DNA from: Camelus dromedarius
Lineage: Eukaryota
Assembly (NCBI RefSeq): GCF_036321535.1
Contig: NC_087447.1
Coordinates: 52,268,001-52,332,000 of the forward strand
DNA length: 64,000 nucleotides
Direction: 5' to 3'
Shown here one piece after another: positions 62,560-64,000 of the stretch (its first letter is position 1; the number at the start of each line of letters is the position of its first letter). A model generated the notes under the pieces. It did not search any database, was not told the origin of the DNA, and saw only the letters and a list, made by a program, of their open reading frames with translations. The translations under genes and the position numbers were made by a program.

Positions 62560-62930
62560 CGCTGTTTCTCCAACAGGCTAAGCCATTTGCCTGACTCACC
62601 TTCCCCTGAATATCTGCACAGATCACTCCCTCCATTCGCCCCCTGACTGTAAGAGCTCCCACCCTGCTCTTCCTAATCACCCGCCTCTGCACTGCTCTAG
62701 TTTTCTACGCAGCACTAGACGTGCGTACACATACACATATATGTATACATGGATATGTATGTGTATGTATGTGTATATGTATACAACGTCTGCATATTGT
62801 GCTTTTTCCTAATGTAATTTACTCCCATGAGGGTAGAACCCTTATGTATCTTCCTCTGTGCCCATGTGCACAGAGTCTGGAAGACTGCCTGGTACATGGT
62901 AGTAGGCACTCAAATAATATTTGCTGAATA
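62560..62930 (+). mobile_element. L2 LINE 3' end with an inserted alternating purine-pyrimidine simple repeat (about 62720-62785)
   Basis: actcccatgagggtagaaccc...tgcctggtacatggtagtaggcactcaaataatatttgctgaat. Confidence 0.7.
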
Positions 62931-64000
62931 CTGCAGATGACAAGGTATACAAAGGGAAGTGTGTCCGGTACACAGCAGGTACACAGTTGGTGCTTAATTG
63001 AGGGTAGCACGCGTGATGTTTTATTATTATTTCCTCCATTCCCTGCATTTCAGGGGGCAATTTTCAGTCTTTCTATAGTCCATATGGCCCAGCATGAGCA
63101 GTCCCTAACTGCTCCTGTCGGGGGTGCCCAGGGATGGGTTCTTGCTGCCTCCCCAGGGCCGTGTGGCACACTCACCAGAACACCTGGGAGTCCGGCCCGC
63201 ATCACTAAGCTAGGACTGTGCTCTCAGAGAGTCAGATCTATACCTTAAGACTCACCAGAAACAAATAGATAAATATATTCAGAGAAAAAAAAGACAGAGG
63301 GTAAAGATCAAAATGTTCACAGTGGGGATTTCCCAGTGTCTGGATCAAGAGAGATACTTATTTTTAATTTTATAATTTAAGAGGAAATAGTTATTTAAAA
63401 AGAGAACGTGTAGACAATGATCTCCTAAAAATACAGATCTATTCGGACAAGGGAAGAGGCAGAACAAAGGGTCTCTAGAGAGAGAGAGAGAGCACACTAC
63501 ACGGTTTCCTGGAGGGGCGCCCACACCACGCTAATTTGGATGTTAATTACTTAGATCACGCAGGGATCTGGGGGGACAGCAGCACTTGCTGAAAATGCTG
63601 CCTATTTAGAATGCTACTGCTGCCTTGAAATAATGAACCTTACTCTGTGCTTTTTCAAAGCTGAGTTCTGGGTGTAATTATTAGGTCTCATCTGACTGAC
63701 GAGAAAACTAATATCCAGAGAGGCATGTGTCCTTCCCCATACCCACAGCGAGTCAGTGGCAGAGCTGAAACGAAAACCCAGGTGTCCTCCCAGTTCAAGG
63801 CTCCCCACTAAATGTCCCATCCCCCTCTGCCCCTAACACTCTGGGTTTCCAGTTCTTCTGAAACACAAAAGTTATGAGGATTTCCTGACGGGGTCCCTGA
63901 GCTGCTGAGCCCTCTGTGGGTCACAGTCCTGCAGAGTCTCCAGCTCACTGCTGCCAGGAGCTCAGATGTGGCCGCCAGATTCATCTGACCCTGACCCTGA

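Noticed and set aside
62720..62785. Alternating purine-pyrimidine quasi-palindrome
   Set aside because: Ordinary (CA/TA/TG) simple repeat within an L2 relic; self-complementarity follows from its composition.
1..64000. The remaining short ORFs of 60-150 aa in the track
   Set aside because: Many use alternative starts or overlap MIR, L2 or L1 relics; none resembles a known protein.
1..64000. CRISPR array, operon, rRNA/tRNA gene or other prokaryote-type system
   Set aside because: The DNA is clearly mammalian intron-exon sequence; I saw no regularly spaced repeat-spacer array or structural RNA gene.
1..64000. Intronic microRNA (miR-708 is hosted by TENM4)
   Set aside because: From memory miR-708 lies in the first intron, far upstream, and I saw no convincing pre-miRNA hairpin here. 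A covariance-model search would be needed to exclude others.

Overview
Mammalian (eutherian) genomic DNA from inside the teneurin-4 gene (TENM4/ODZ4), which is transcribed on the minus strand. Five coding exons are present, all with GT-AG boundaries and compatible phases: 60450-60548 (99 nt, missed by the ORF track), 58983-59218 (236 nt), 35166-35336 (171 nt), 28021-28235 (215 nt) and 26264-26474 (211 nt). They encode the end of the intracellular domain, the type II transmembrane helix and the extracellular segment before the EGF repeats. From memory these correspond to about exons 8-12 of human TENM4. I found neither the preceding exon nor the first EGF exon in the window. The rest is intronic: old MIR, L2, L1M/HAL1, MaLR and hAT-Charlie relics, one solo ERV1-type LTR with a 4-bp TSD, two copies of a younger L1 3' end that suggest a cetartiodactyl (probably camelid) genome, simple repeats, and several repeat-free blocks that may be enhancers. 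I see no new gene system. The most interesting signal is the frame-preserving 99-nt exon, which has a weak acceptor, four flanking UGCAUG (RBFOX) motifs and a YCAY (NOVA) cluster. Next is a TAATTA homeodomain-site cluster at about 55.4-55.6 kb. Repeat family names and boundaries come from visual recognition and need RepeatMasker/Dfam confirmation.
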